NCBI RefSeq assembly: GCF_009914755.1
Contig: NC_060947.1
Strand: one strand, 5' to 3'
DNA: 64,000 nt
Origin: the human T2T-CHM13v2.0 reference genome, Homo sapiens
Under the pieces are notes generated by a model. The model saw only the letters and a list, made by a program, of their open reading frames with translations. It ran no database searches and was not told where the DNA came from. The translations under genes were made by a program, and so were the position numbers. Shown piece by piece: positions 44,444 to 62,390 of this stretch; position 1 is the first letter of the stretch; every line of letters starts with the position of its first letter.

Positions 44444-46633
44444 TGTTTTAGTCCATTCTCACACTACTATGAAGAATTACCCAAGACTGGGTAATTTATT
44501 GAAAATAAGAGGTTTAATTAACTCACAGTTCTGCAGGCTTATCAGGAAGCATGACAGAGAGGCCTCAAGAAACTTACAATCACAGCAGAAGGTGAAGGAG
44601 AAGCATGCAACTTTTTCACAGGGAGGCAGCAGAGTAAGAGAGGGAGGGGGAAGTGCCACACACTTTTAAACCATATTTTATGAGCACTTACTCAGTATTA
44701 TGAGAACAGCAAGGGAGAAACCCACTCCCATGATAAAGTCACCACCCACTAGGGCTCTTCCCCAAAATTTGGAATTAAAATTCCACATGAGATATGGGTA
44801 GGGACAGAGAGCCAACCATATTATTCCACCCCTGGCCCCTTCCAAATCTCATGTTCTTTTCACATGTCAAAGCACAATCATGCCTTCCCAACAGTCCTCC
44901 GAATTCTTAACTCATTCCTGCATTAAGACAAAAGTCTAAGTCCAAAGTCTTATCTGAGGCAAGGCAAGTCTCTTCCACCTATGAGCTTGTAATTTCAAAA
45001 ACAAATTAGTTACTTCCAAGATACAATTGGGATACAGGCATTGGGCTAAATGTTCCCATTCCAAATTAGAGAAATTGGTGAAAACAAAGGGGATACTGGC
45101 CCCATGCAAGTCTGAAACACAGCAGGGAAGCCATCAAATTGTAAAGCTTCAAAATGATCTCCTGACTCCCTGTCTCACATCTAGGCCACACGGACTCAAT
45201 GGATGGTCTCCCAAAACCTTAGGCAGCTCTGCTCCCGTGGCTCTGAAGGGTACAGCTCCCATGGCTGCTTTCACAGGCTGGCATTGAGTGCTTGTGGCTT
45301 TTTCAGGCACAGAGTGCAAACGGCCAGTATATCTACCATTCTGGGGTCTGGAGGACCATGGCCCTCTTCTTGCAGCTCCATTAAGCAGTGCCCCAGTGAG
45401 GACTCTGTGTGGGGCTCCAACCCCACATTTCTCCTCTGCATTGCCATAGTGAAGGTTCTCCATGAAGATTCCACCCCTGCAGCAGACTTCTGCCTAGACA
45501 TCCAGGCATTTTCATACATACTCTGAAATCTAGGCAAAGGCTCCCAAACTTTTACCTTCTGTGCACCTGCAGACACAACAATACATGGGAGCTGCAAAGG
45601 CTTGGGGCTTTCACCCTCTAAAGCAACTGCCTGAGCTGTACCTTGTCCCCTTTTAGGCAATGCAAAAGCTTGAGCAGCTGGGACAGAGGACACCCTGTGC
45701 CGAGGCTGCACAGAGCAACGGGACCCTAGGCCTGACCCAGAAAACCATGTATTCCTCCTAGGTCTCCAGGCCTGTGATGGGAGGGGAAGTCTGCAAAGAT
45801 CTCTGAAATGCCCTGAAGCCATTTCATCATTATTTTGGCTATTAGCATTTGGCTCCTTGTTAGTTATCCAAGTCTATGCAGCCAGCTTGAATTTCTCCCC
45901 AGAAAAAAAGAGAGTATATATTTTCTACTGCATGGTCAGGCTGCAAATTTTTCAAACTTTCAGGCTGTGCTTCCCTTTTAAATATAAGCTCAAATTTCAT
46001 ACCATCTTTTTCTTCATGCATATGAGCATACACTTTTAGAAACAGCCAAGTCGTTCATGAATGCTTTGCTGCTTAGAAAGTTCTTCCACCAGATGCCCTA
46101 AGTCATCTCTCTCAAGTTCAAAGATTCACAGATATTTCGACCAGGGACAAAATGCTGCCAGTCTCTTTGGCGAAGCATAGCAAAAGTGACCTTTACTCCA
46201 ATTCCTAATAAATTCCTCATCTTTATCTGAGACTACTTCAGCCTGGACTTCACTGTCCATATCACTATCAGCAATTTGGTTACAACCATTTGACAAGTCT
46301 CTATGATGTTTCAAACATTAGCACAACTTCCTGTCTTCTTCTGAGGCCTCAAAACTGTTCCATCCTCTGCTGACAACCCAGTTCTAAAGTCACTTCCACG
46401 TTTTGGGGTATCTTTATAGCAGCACCCCACTGTCTGTGGTGACAAATTTCTGTATTAGTCCGTTCTCACACTGCTATAAAAAACTACCCGAGACTGGGTA
46501 ATTTATAAAGAAAAGAGCTTTAATTGGCTCACAGTTCAGCGGGCTTAACAGGAAACATGACTGGGAAGCCTCAGGAAACTTACAATCATGGCAGAAGGTG
46601 AAGGGAAAGCAAGTACCTTCTTCCTAGGATGGC

Positions 46634-46672
<39 letters not shown>

Positions 46673-46841
46673 TGCCACAAACTTTTAAACTGTCAGATCT
46701 TGTGAGAACTCACTCACTATCAAGAGCAAGGGAGAAATGCATTCCCATGATCCAACCTCCTCCCATGATGTTTCTTCCCCAAAATTTGGAATAAAAATTC
46801 CACATGAGATATGGGTGGGGACACAGAACCAAACCATATCA
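44444..46841 (-). mobile_element. Complete MSTA/THE1D-type MaLR provirus: LTR 44444-44823, internal, LTR 46451-46841 (contains (GA)n)
   Basis: Two LTRs with 'caggaagcatgac..gcctca.gaaacttacaatca'; TSD tggtc/tggtt. Confidence 0.92.
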
Positions 46842-51700
<4,859 letters not shown>

Positions 51701-51704
51701 GTTT

Positions 51705-52758
51705 ATGCTCTTTTTAAAATATTATTTTCATTAAAGGATAACTGAAAAATAAAATTTTTATATATCTATAGTGTGCTATGTGAAGTTTTGATATATGTAT
51801 ACATTCTGATATGATGAGATAGACTAATTAACATATCCATTAACTCATTTTTACTTATCATTTTTTTTGTGGTGAGAACATTTAAGGTCTAAACTCTTAG
51901 CAATTTTCAAGCATACAATATAATCTTATTAATTGTAATCACCATGCTGTATATTACATCTCCAGAACATATTAATTCTGTCTAACTGAAACTTTGTATC
52001 TTTTAACCAATGTCTCTCAATTCCCCAGAGACTGGGGTGGGGTAGTAATACAGCCCTCAACCTCCAGCAACCACCACTATTCTTTCTGCTTTTATGAGTT
52101 TGACTTTCTTGATTCCACATATAAGCAAGATAATCTAGTATTTTTCTTTCTCTGTCTGGCTTATTTGATTTAGTATAATGTCCTCCAGTTTCATCCATGT
52201 TGTGGCAAATTGTAGGAGCTCCTTCTTTCTAAAGGCTGAATATTACATATATAAAATATATACCACATATATATGTAATATTATATATCATATATACACA
52301 CCACATTATAACATTTTCTTTATCTTGGCTATTATGAGTAATGTTGCAATAAATATGTGTGCGAAGTTATCTTTTCAGCATATTAATTTCATTTCCTTTG
52401 CATATATACCCAGAAGTGGGATTGCTGGATCATATGGTAGTTGTCTTTTTAATTTTTGAGGGGTCTTCACACTGTTTTCAACTAATAGTGTTTCCAACCA
52501 ACAGTTTACAAGGGTTCTAATTTTTCCATGTCCTTGCCAACACTTATATTTTGTCTTTTTGATGACAGCCCTTCTAAGGGGTGTTAGGTGATAACTCATT
52601 GTGGTTTTAATTTGTATTTCTTTCGTGAATAATGTGTTTGAGCATTTTATAACATTCCTGTTGGCCGTTTTTATGTCTTTTTTGAGAAATGTCTATTTAG
52701 GTCTGTATTAGTCAGGGTTCTCTGGAGGGGCAGAACCAATAGGATAAATATGGGTGTG

Positions 52759-52804
<46 letters not shown>

Positions 52805-53635
52805 ATTTATTAGAGGTGAATTGACTCACGTGACCATGAAGGTAAAGTCCCACAGCTGGCCAACTGCAAGCTGAAGAATCAGGAGAGCTAGTAGTGTGAT
52901 TCCTGGAGAGGTCAGTAGTGTGGCTTCCAAAGAAGCTGCTAATGGGGCTCAGCCCAAGTCTGAAAGCTTCCAAACCAGGGAAATGAAAAATGTAGCTTCA
53001 AGTCTGAGGCTAAAGGCCTGAGTTGCCTATAGGAGGCAACTATTGCAAGTTCTAGAGTGCAAAAGCTGAAGAACTTGGACTCTGATATTCAAAAACGGGA
53101 GGAGAAAAAGGCATCCTCCTCCAGAAGATAGAGAAAGAGAAAGCAAAATTGAGGTGAGTATCCCTCTTTTTCCACCCACCTTATTGTGCTCAGGCTCCCA
53201 GCTGATTTGATGGTGCCTGCCCACACTGAAAGCAGGTTTTTCTTTCAATCCACTGATTCCAAAGTCAATCTTCTTGTAAACACCCTCTCAGTCACAGCCA
53301 GAAACAATGCATACTAGCCATCTGACAATTTCTCAAACAAGTCTAATTGACACCTAATCTTAGCTATCACAAGCTCTTTTGCCTATTTATGTATCAGATT
53401 TTTTTTCAATTGAGTTGTTTGAGTTCCATATATTTTGGATGTATATTTATTCCTTATACGATGTAGATTTTGCTAATGTTTTCTCCCATTCCATAGGTTG
53501 TCTCTTGATTTTGTTGATTGTTTCCTTTGCTGTGCCAAAGCTTTTTAGTTTGATGCAGTCCCATTTGTCTATTTTTTATTTTATCAAAAATTTTGGAGGT
53601 CATATCAAAACATTTTTTTGCAAGGCCATGTCTTT
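51705..53635 (-). mobile_element. L1MA9/10-like 3' fragment interrupted by an MLT2B LTR
   Basis: 3'UTR 'gtggtgagaacatttaag..cttagcaattttcaagcatacaat'; ORF2 motif [12 protein letters not shown]. Confidence 0.85.
52704..53310 (-). mobile_element. MLT2B ERVL solo LTR with internal (TG)n
   Basis: 'tgtattagtcagggttctctggagggg.cagaaccaatagga' to 'aattgacacctaatcttagctatcaca'. Confidence 0.88.
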
Positions 53636-53699
53636 GTTTTCCTCAGATCCAGAATTTGTGTGTTTCTATTTTATACAATTTGTGCGTTTCTATTTTATA

Positions 53700-54250
53700 C
53701 AGTTGTCTCCCCTTATACATGAAAGATATATTTCAAGACTCTCAGTGAATGCCTGAAACTGCAGCTTATACAAATCCCTATGGATATTGTTTATTCTTAT
53801 GCATTCATATCTATGATAAAGTTGAATTTATAAATTAGGCACAGTAAGAGATTAACAACAAAAAACAAAAATAAAATAGAACAATCATAACAATATGCCA
53901 GCATCATTATGCTTGTCATTTTGAGTAATTATTAAGTAAAATAAGGGTTACTTGAACACAAGTACTGACATACTGCAACTGTCAATCTGATAACTGAGAG
54001 GGCTACTAAGTGACTAATGGGAAGGTAGCATAGATAGCAGGAATATGCTGCACAAAGGAAAATGATTCATGTCCCAGGTGGGACACAGCAAGATGGCATG
54101 AGGTTTCATCATGCTAAGCAGAATGCAACACAATTTAAAACTTATGAATTTTTTATTTCTCAAAATTTTCATTTAATATTTTTGGACCATGGTTGAATTC
54201 AATTAACTGAAAATGTGGAAAGAAAACTCACAAATAAGTAGGGACTACTG
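53700..54250. mobile_element. MER44 / Tigger7-family DNA transposon
   Basis: Imperfect TIRs cagttgtctcccttat ... ataagtagggactactg; 'aatttataaattaggcacagtaagagattaacaac'. Confidence 0.85.
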
Positions 54251-55550
54251 TCGTTTCTATCTTTTAATTTTTGTTCACTATTATTTTTCTGATTTTTTAA
54301 TTTGTCTTTCTGTTCTCTTGCTGCTCACTGAGCTTCTTCATGAAGGTTATTTTGAACTCTTTTTCGGGCAGTCAATAAATCCTCATTTCTTTAGGGTTGG
54401 TTACCGTTGCTTTATTTTCTTCCTTTGGTAGTGTCATGTTTCCCTGATTGTTCATCATTCCTTCAGTCATGCACTGGTATCTGCACATTTGAAGAAATAT
54501 ACACCTATCCCAGTCTTTGCAGACTGGTTTTGACAGGGAAAACCCTTCATCAATAAGATAGTCCAGAGATTCTGGGCAGGCTGTCAGGTGGGGTCCACAT
54601 GTAGTGCTTCTATTCAAGTACTTAAGCCAGCTGACCTGATGCCTGAGTCAGCAGGTGGGTAGAGCTGGCATCTGAGTCTAAAGGCGCTGGCCTGGGGCTT
54701 GGGCCTTCTGTGTAGACCTGAATCCTGGGTTTGTGGTGCAAGCCTAGTACTGGAGTCCACCAGAGTGGACTTGTCAACTGGATCTGTAGGAAGAAGCCTG
54801 AAGCACATGTCTTTGGTGTCCATCCTGAAGCCTGGGTCCATGGGGTCAGGCCTGGTTCAGGGATGGTCCTAGTCCCTGAGTCCACAGGGATTGGCCTGAA
54901 GCCTAATTCCATGGGAGCTGACTGGGAACTGGGGCAGAATTGGAGCCTGAGTTTATGGGATTCAGTCTGAATCTTGGCTCTGCAAATGTTAGCCTGGAAT
55001 ATAGGTCCTTGGGGGTTGGCCTATACCCTGATGCTACAGGGATTGTTCTGGTGCTGAGGTGGGCCTGAAGAATGGCTTTGATGGGTCTAACCTCGGCCTA
55101 AGGTATACTAGGATGAGCCTGGACCCTAGGTTGCAGAAGCACAGGATTTCATGGGCTGGTCTGATGTTCTTCCAGCCTGCAGACCATATCTGCAGGAGCT
55201 GGCCTGTGGGCTGAGTCTATGAGCACTAGCCTGGTGGCTGAGTCTGTGATATCCAGCTGGGAGGTGAGGCCATTGGGTACTGTTCTGGCATAAGGATAAG
55301 CCTAGAACCTGGGTCCCTAAGTGCTGGTTTGGAGCCTGGGGATGCAGGGGCTGGCTTCATGCTGTGAATGGGCCTGTAGCCTAAGGCTTCAGGGGTCAGC
55401 TTGGAGTTTTCTGCTGACGTGGCACTGGATGGGCCTAAAGCCTTTAAGCCTGGAGTCACCAAGGCCTGTATGGAGCCTGGTACTGTGGGGGCCAGCTTGA
55501 AGCTGATGTCCACAGGTGCAAACCTAGCCCTGAGGTGGGCCTCAAAGCAC
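54251..55550 (-). mobile_element. Ancient L1M 5' region (ORF1 start plus degenerate short GC-rich repeats)
   Basis: ORF 54372-54617 ends 'QGNMTLPKEENKATVTNPKEMRIY', like an old ORF1 N-terminus; recurrent 'ggcctggagcctgggtcc'-like motifs. Confidence 0.65.
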
Positions 55551-57649
55551 TTAGTTTCAATGCCTACATTGCTGATCAAAATATTTCAAAAAATATAAGA
55601 TAAAGCAGTATATGTAAAGAAGATTGTAAAATCTAAATACAAATCACCACCACTTTAAAAGCGTGGGAAAGGCACAGAAGACCAGAGGCCAAGGCCTGAT
55701 TGGAGATGTATGCATTCTTCTCTCCATCCATCCGTCCATCCATCCATCCATTCTTTCTTTACTGCACACCTATTGTGTACCTGGCTCTATTCTAGCCACT
55801 CTGGGGCCTACAAAAAGAAACAAACAAACAAAGAAACAAATCTGAATCGTGTTTTGAAAAGCTGATTCCCAGGGATTAAAGTGACTCCATGGTTTCTTAG
55901 GTGGTTTGATTCAGTTTTAAACCAGCATAGAATCAATTAGTTAACCATATAATATGCTTATAGGAATATGAAGATTAACATAATAGAAAAATTCAGTCCT
56001 TGCCCTTCAGTAGCATGAGTGATGTTAATATCCCTTTACTGAAATACATTATAAAGCAAATGTGGATCAAATACACTGGTATTTTATTTTCCAAAATGAA
56101 CAACAGAATTTTGTCAAAGGGATTTTTACACGTGCAAAAGACATGTAATGAGGAATTGCAAGATGGCTTGAGTTATAGAAACTAACCAACTGTTCCTTCC
56201 ATGTAACAGATACCACATTCTGAACTTCTTGAATATTCATAGTCATTGAATAATTGTTTATAAATAGTCTGAAATATTTCCCTTTCCAAGAAGCACTTGT
56301 GTCTATATCCTTATGTAAAGGAAACAATCTTGTAATAAGCCCTGTGCATTGATGTTTTTTGACTCTCATGCTATTTGACCTATGTCACCTCTGTTGGGAC
56401 TAGTGTTATGACGGTTTTCTCTCTCATAATGACTGAGATATGGAGTTTATGTTCAGGCTGTGACATTGTAGAAATTAGAACTGGATGCTAACTGACTCAT
56501 GTAATCAAACTTGTAACTTTATCCTCATTAGTATTATAACTGAGATAATCGACCCAGACATATGGCTATGCCAGTTAATTACAAACAAACTAGGTACCTT
56601 TCTGAATCTCAAGGGTAATTCCACAGAGATAGTCATAGCATTAAACAGTTTTAAGCATTTAAATATTTATTGTAAAAGTAATTTTTTTTTGTTTCACCAT
56701 TGCAAATACTAATGTCTAGAAATAGATTTTGAGAGTTTGCTTGTGGCCTAGCTCTGAGATCTGGTGGGTCCTAGATCTACCAACATCCTAGTCTATAACA
56801 TCACTTATTCCAGGGTTTTTTAAAGAGCTGAAATGTTTGTTATCTATTATTATACAGAAATCCACCAAATGAGGTCTTGGGAATAATACAAAGGGTGAAA
56901 TTGAGGAATAGCATTTCAGTTTATAATATTTACAAAGACCTTTTCCCTAAACTACAAAAGAAATAAATTTTTGTCAGAAGACTACTGTAGTTGAAAATAT
57001 ACATCTTCAAATAAGAGTTTTGTCTCTGATCATTCATGGACAAAAATGTTATTTTGCCTACATGTTACTGCATCTTTGCATATTGATTCTCTCTCTGTGT
57101 CTCTTTTTTCTCTGTGTCTTTCTGTATTTGTCTGTCTGTTTCCCTCTCTTTTACCCCCTTTTTTCCCTCTCCCTCTTTCTCTGTCACTCTTCCTCTCTAA
57201 TTCCCTCCGTCTTTCCCCTGTCTCTGTCACACATACACACATATAAGGCATCATAAGCAGATAGAATTTTTAAAAAAATAAATAATACTAAACTAGTAAC
57301 TGATTCTCTGCCTAAAGGGTTTCATTTTTTTTTTCAGAGAAATAAATGTTTCAACCCAAGCAAACAGGCCAGAGAAATCAACAGTGTATAATTCTTTTAC
57401 ACTGAAATTCACCCCAGGGGTGTTGATTTGTCAATACTCCATTAAGAGATGACCAAAAAAGGGTTCTGATGTGGTTGATTGCTACAGTTGTTTCTAAACA
57501 CAGGGTACTGTGTGCGACACAATGTTTCTGGAGGTTAATTTTAAAAATCAAAATGAGCGATGTTAAAATGTTTTTTGGTTTGGTGCTGATACTTCTTAAA
57601 GCTCAATATCTAATCTCGACCTCTCCTGTGGGCTCCAGTCCTGAATTTT

Positions 57650-58470
57650 CAATTAAATTCAAAGGTATTTCCACCTTCCTTCTATTTTTTCCTATTTTTT
57701 GTATGATTCTTCCATTGTTCTATCATCCAAGTTCAATATCAGCCATCATTCAGCTACAAAAGCCCTATGAATTCAACCTCCACTGAATGCTGAAAGGTAT
57801 TCTTTTCTTTCATTTCCACTGCTTGTCCACTTATCCAGACTATTATTACCTATCATATCCTTAGTTACAGTTGCCTTCTAAGTGGCCTCTGGTTCTCCAT
57901 CTCCCTCTACTTCAATCTATGCTATAATCTCCTACTAAATCAATCTTACTAAATAATCAAATTCATCTTGTTTACCCTCTTCTTAACTAAAATTCTTCTG
58001 TGATTTTCCATGCTTACCAAATAAGGAATTTAGTTTTTATCATGGCATTCAAAATTCTTTATAGAACAAATCAACTCTTCTTTTCCAGTTTTATTACCCA
58101 CAACTCTCCTTTATATTTTCCCTACTCCAGCAAATTGGACTACTTGCCATTTCCTGAACTTCCTCCACACCAGCATTATCTTTCCCTAGTTGAAAATCCT
58201 CTTCCTCATTCATGAACTCTAAATCCTCCCAACTGTCTAAAGTTCATAGAAAATGCCACTTTGTTCATGTTACTCTTTTATACTCAGGATTAATTTGTCT
58301 TGCAGCTGAGTTCACAGAACTTTTAACATTTTCATTTTGTTTTGTTTACTGCTCACATGGAAATATTGCTTTTGCCATTGTTTTAGTTACTTGCATATTT
58401 GTCTTACTTTATTCTGTTACTAAAATGTAATCTTCTTGAAGGAAGCATACTGGGTCTTCACATGTATGGG
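57650..58470 (+). mobile_element. L2 fragment
   Basis: Pyrimidine-rich L2-like 'ccttctaagtggcctct..ttcaatctat..catggcattcaaaattct..taaaatgtaatcttcttgaagg'. Confidence 0.6.
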
Positions 58471-60739
58471 TATATATCGGAACAGAAGCTGAAGTTCCTT
58501 TCATATATATTTACAAAAATAATATTTTAATTTCCATGAAATAAAGGTTTCTTGAATTATTTATATTATAGTTGTTATTTCATGCATTTGTAAGGAAACT
58601 GAAATGTTTCTGCCTTTCTGTATTGAGGTTTACTTGATGTCTATTGAAAATGTTTCCTTAGTTAGAACATAATAATGGATTAGACCCTCACCAAATTACT
58701 AAAAGTTTACTTTGTTTCTATTTTATGTTCTTCTTCTACTTTAAAACAATGCTAATGTCCTTTCTTTTTCTCTTGTTTTGGTTAATTTTCTGTAAAACAA
58801 TTATTCAATAATAAAGATAATATAAATAACGAAAGTAAATACATGTACCAAATTCCCTTTTACTTATAATAAAGAATATAGAGTTTTTTTGTTACATTGG
58901 AAAGTTGAGTGAAGAATATTAAACTTTAATTTCTGCCATCAATTTCTGTACTACTCCATTTCCCACTGAAAGCATCGAGTGTTCCGATAATATATCAATT
59001 CTTAACATGATAAATCATGGCAATAATAAGGAAATATGACTTCCTTTATCTTCCACACAAGAGCAAATTTTTATTTATGTTTCCCTCTGTCAATTGGGTA
59101 CCTCACAATATGTTCATAGTTGTGCTTATATTCAATGGAAATAAAAAATCACACCTTACATTTTAAATTTTGCAGTCATTTTCTACATTTTGTACAGTGA
59201 AATTTAACTAAGTCCTCTCCACTTTTCATGTGCCTAATCTTTAGGATCTATTTACATTTTACTGCAATGTGAAAATACAAGAAAAATTTAGCCAAATGTA
59301 AAAGGCCCAAGCCACATCGTCAAACAGAAGGTTTGACTTAATTTTTAAGGAAAAGAAGGAAATGAAGACAGAAGAAAAATGGGGAGAGGGAGAAAATATG
59401 ATTTCCTCTTAAAACAAGCAGAATTCTACAAGTTAATACTTTTGCAAAATAAAATTGTATAAATACTCATCTATCCAAAGTACAGTCTTATAGTACATTT
59501 AAATCCCTCTGAAACCCAGAGCACTGTGTTTATAATAGAATAGCAGACAGACTTGCCCTTCACTGGAGGGCATGTCATATAAGTCCTCGCTTTCTCTGCA
59601 AAAACATCAGGCTGGCAGTAGTGACAGATGAACAGCTTACCATTAATTTCCCCTCTTTCATGCTTTCAATCCAAATGGTGCATATTCTCCACGGGGAGGC
59701 ATCAAGGTCTCTGCCTTTATTTCTCCTGTATACCCACATTGACTTATAAATTAAGTGCAGATAAGAAGAGAGGGCAAATATCAATCTTTATTTTTTTTTC
59801 TCCTAGCCTATGCCCACTGGCACACTACTGAGCTTTGACTGAAAGATTCTTCAAATTGTCCTGTGAGTCACAGGCTAGAAAGTTTTCAGTGAGGACAAAA
59901 CAACAAAGGAAATCTGAGAGGGAAAATTTGCATATCTTGGCTTATAATTTAGAAACTTTGCCACTGCAGTATTTTAAAAATTAGTTACCAAAAATATACA
60001 CGTAAGATGTTATGACCACTAAGGAAAGAAAAATCTGGAATATAAAGCCATCTGCATTGTTTTAGCATGGTGAGGAAAATAGCAATCTTTAAGTCATTTC
60101 TTTAGTCTTATTTTCCCCCTTTATGGTAAGGGGTTGGTCTCTTCATAAAACTTGGAGTATCCACAATAAAGCCCTTTGCTATGACTGGTCTGCTTTATTT
60201 GAATCACAGTGTTTTACAACAGCTTTATGAGTGAAATATTTCATATACTACATTTTAAGTTAAGGATTTGATATACTGAGGTTTTAGCACATGACTGTTA
60301 TTACTTTGTATATATTTTTCAAATTGTGCACGGTACCTTGTACATGATAAATGCTTAATAGATATTGTATTTTTCATATACACTCTGGTACTGGATTTAT
60401 TTTTTAGTCATAGTGGTCATTTTATGCTAATATTTATGATTGCTGAGGATGTCTGATTTTTAAAAACTTTCCGTTGAAGAAATTATACCCTGCTGCCTTT
60501 AAAAAATATTCACAGCTTTGCTAGTACATTAAAAAGAGGGAACATTTGGAGAAAAAAGAGCATTATGTAATTCTTTTGACTTTTAACAAATCAATCTTGA
60601 ACTAAAAGTGCATCCAAACCTACTAGATGACACAATATCATTTTAAGCTCAAAGAAATCGATATTATGATCACTGAAAAATTATAATTTTTTTAGCTAAG
60701 CATGAAGTGTTAATACTATTAAATGACAGTAAATGTTGA

Positions 60740-61200
60740 TGTTCAAGGCTTCCTGCTGGCCTTTTGCAGGTGACATATCTAAGGATCAGAGCTATTCCAT
60801 TTTGTATTCCCCTTTTTTCTTTAAGGCTGCAAGACTCAACTATAAATTACAACTGATGACAAAAGTGGAAGCTAACAGTGGCAAAATTAGGCCCAAAGGC
60901 AAAATAATTATATATACAGCCTTCAGCAGTGAGGGAGAGAGCCATCAATCAGCCCCCAATTATTCACTAGTTAATCAGCTCTGCCCTTCCTTTATTGAAG
61001 GGTTACAGTGTAATTAAGTTGGCAGCATCCTTTTAATTCATCAAACATACAACACATGGCGGTGTTTGCTGCGTTGAGGGACAGCACCTTTGTGTGTTTG
61101 ACCCCTAGCACTGCTGCTGTAGATGAGGAAAACTTCAGAGGTAAGAGAGAATATGTATGCAGCTGCACGACAGTGGGGTGTTGGTGTTTTCATATACAGC
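60740..61200. promoter_or_regulatory. Candidate conserved developmental enhancer
   Basis: Non-repetitive and locally GC-raised. PBX-HOX site TGATTGATGG (minus, 60942-60951), TGACA, several TAAT/TAATTA, SOX/TCF-like CCTTTGTG, YY1-like CATGGCGG (61055-61062). Conservation not tested. Confidence 0.5.
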
Positions 61201-62149
61201 CCTAAGCTTAAAACAACTAAGATTTATGCTATGTCAAGGATAAAACAGATAGGGATATGAAAGAAGAAAAAGAACATCGATGATATTGCTTGGGTCACAT
61301 TATCTCGGAAGAGTTAAAAGAACAATATATAAGCTGTTTTTCTTCAGCTAGGAGAGAACAGAGAGTTTTTTACTATTTCATAGTAAAATTGGTAACACAC
61401 CAACAGACAATCTGGATAAATCAGAAGGAAAAAATTGTTTCTTCCCTTTAGAGGCTTAAATTAATTGTTAAGATGTCCTTTCTTTACTAGATAACTTCTC
61501 TATACTTGGTTCAACATTGGCTTCAAAGGTGCACTTTTTTGTCCTTCTTAGCCAAAAGTCCAATAACTTGGCCCAATAGGAGATTTTTTGTGGAATAAAA
61601 GAATTAGACTTAGAAAATAATAAAATATAATGGTCCTTGAAAATATTAGTGTTTATGTAGTGCTAATATTTCCTTAAATTCAGAAATACAGTACAACACT
61701 GTTTTAATCCAACTTTTTTCTTTTCTTTTCGTTTCTTTTTAGGATTTAAACATACTGTGGGTCATCTCTTATACTGTAAATCTAACAACTCTTAGCAGGG
61801 AAAGCCTGAGAGAATACGGTGAGGATATAAGGCAGGCGGTCTTCCTGCCTCCCTGCAGCAGGGCTATAAAGGATTCCCACTGTTTTTCTCTTTCTTGTTT
61901 TATTTGCTATAAAATAGGAATTGACATTTGTTCTCTCATAAAGTAACTTGGTGAATGAATTAAATTTTACAAAATATATAAATTCTTCAGTTTCTTTTCT
62001 GTTGGGACTATAGGGTACAACAGTATCTCTTCTGATGTCTCAGATAAGGAGAGACTTCTATATTTTGAATGCCCCTGAAGGAAGAAAAACAGTCTTCCCT
62101 TATTCACTTCTGATTGCATAGATGATACTGCATGTAAATTCTGAACACT

Positions 62150-62389
62150 CAACATAATAATCATAACATTTATATAACATTAACAATCCCTATTATAAGC
62201 AGTTTCACATTTATTAACTCATTTAATCCACAAATAATTCTATGGCATACGCATAATTACTTTCGTTTTACGTGTGAGGCAACCAAGTCAAAGAGAAGTT
62301 AAACAACTTATCTGAGGTCACACAGCTAGTGTTTGGGAAAGTGAGAGTATAAGACCAGGCAGTAGGCTCCATAACCACATTTAACTGCT

Positions 62390-62390
<1 letters not shown>
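62150..62390 (-). mobile_element. MIR
   Basis: 'attaactcatttaatcc..gtgaggcaacc..agagaagttaaacaactt..aggtcacacagctagt'. Confidence 0.85.

Noticed and set aside
57020-57256. Hydrophobic or charged ORFs on both strands
   Set aside because: Translation of CT-rich low-complexity sequence
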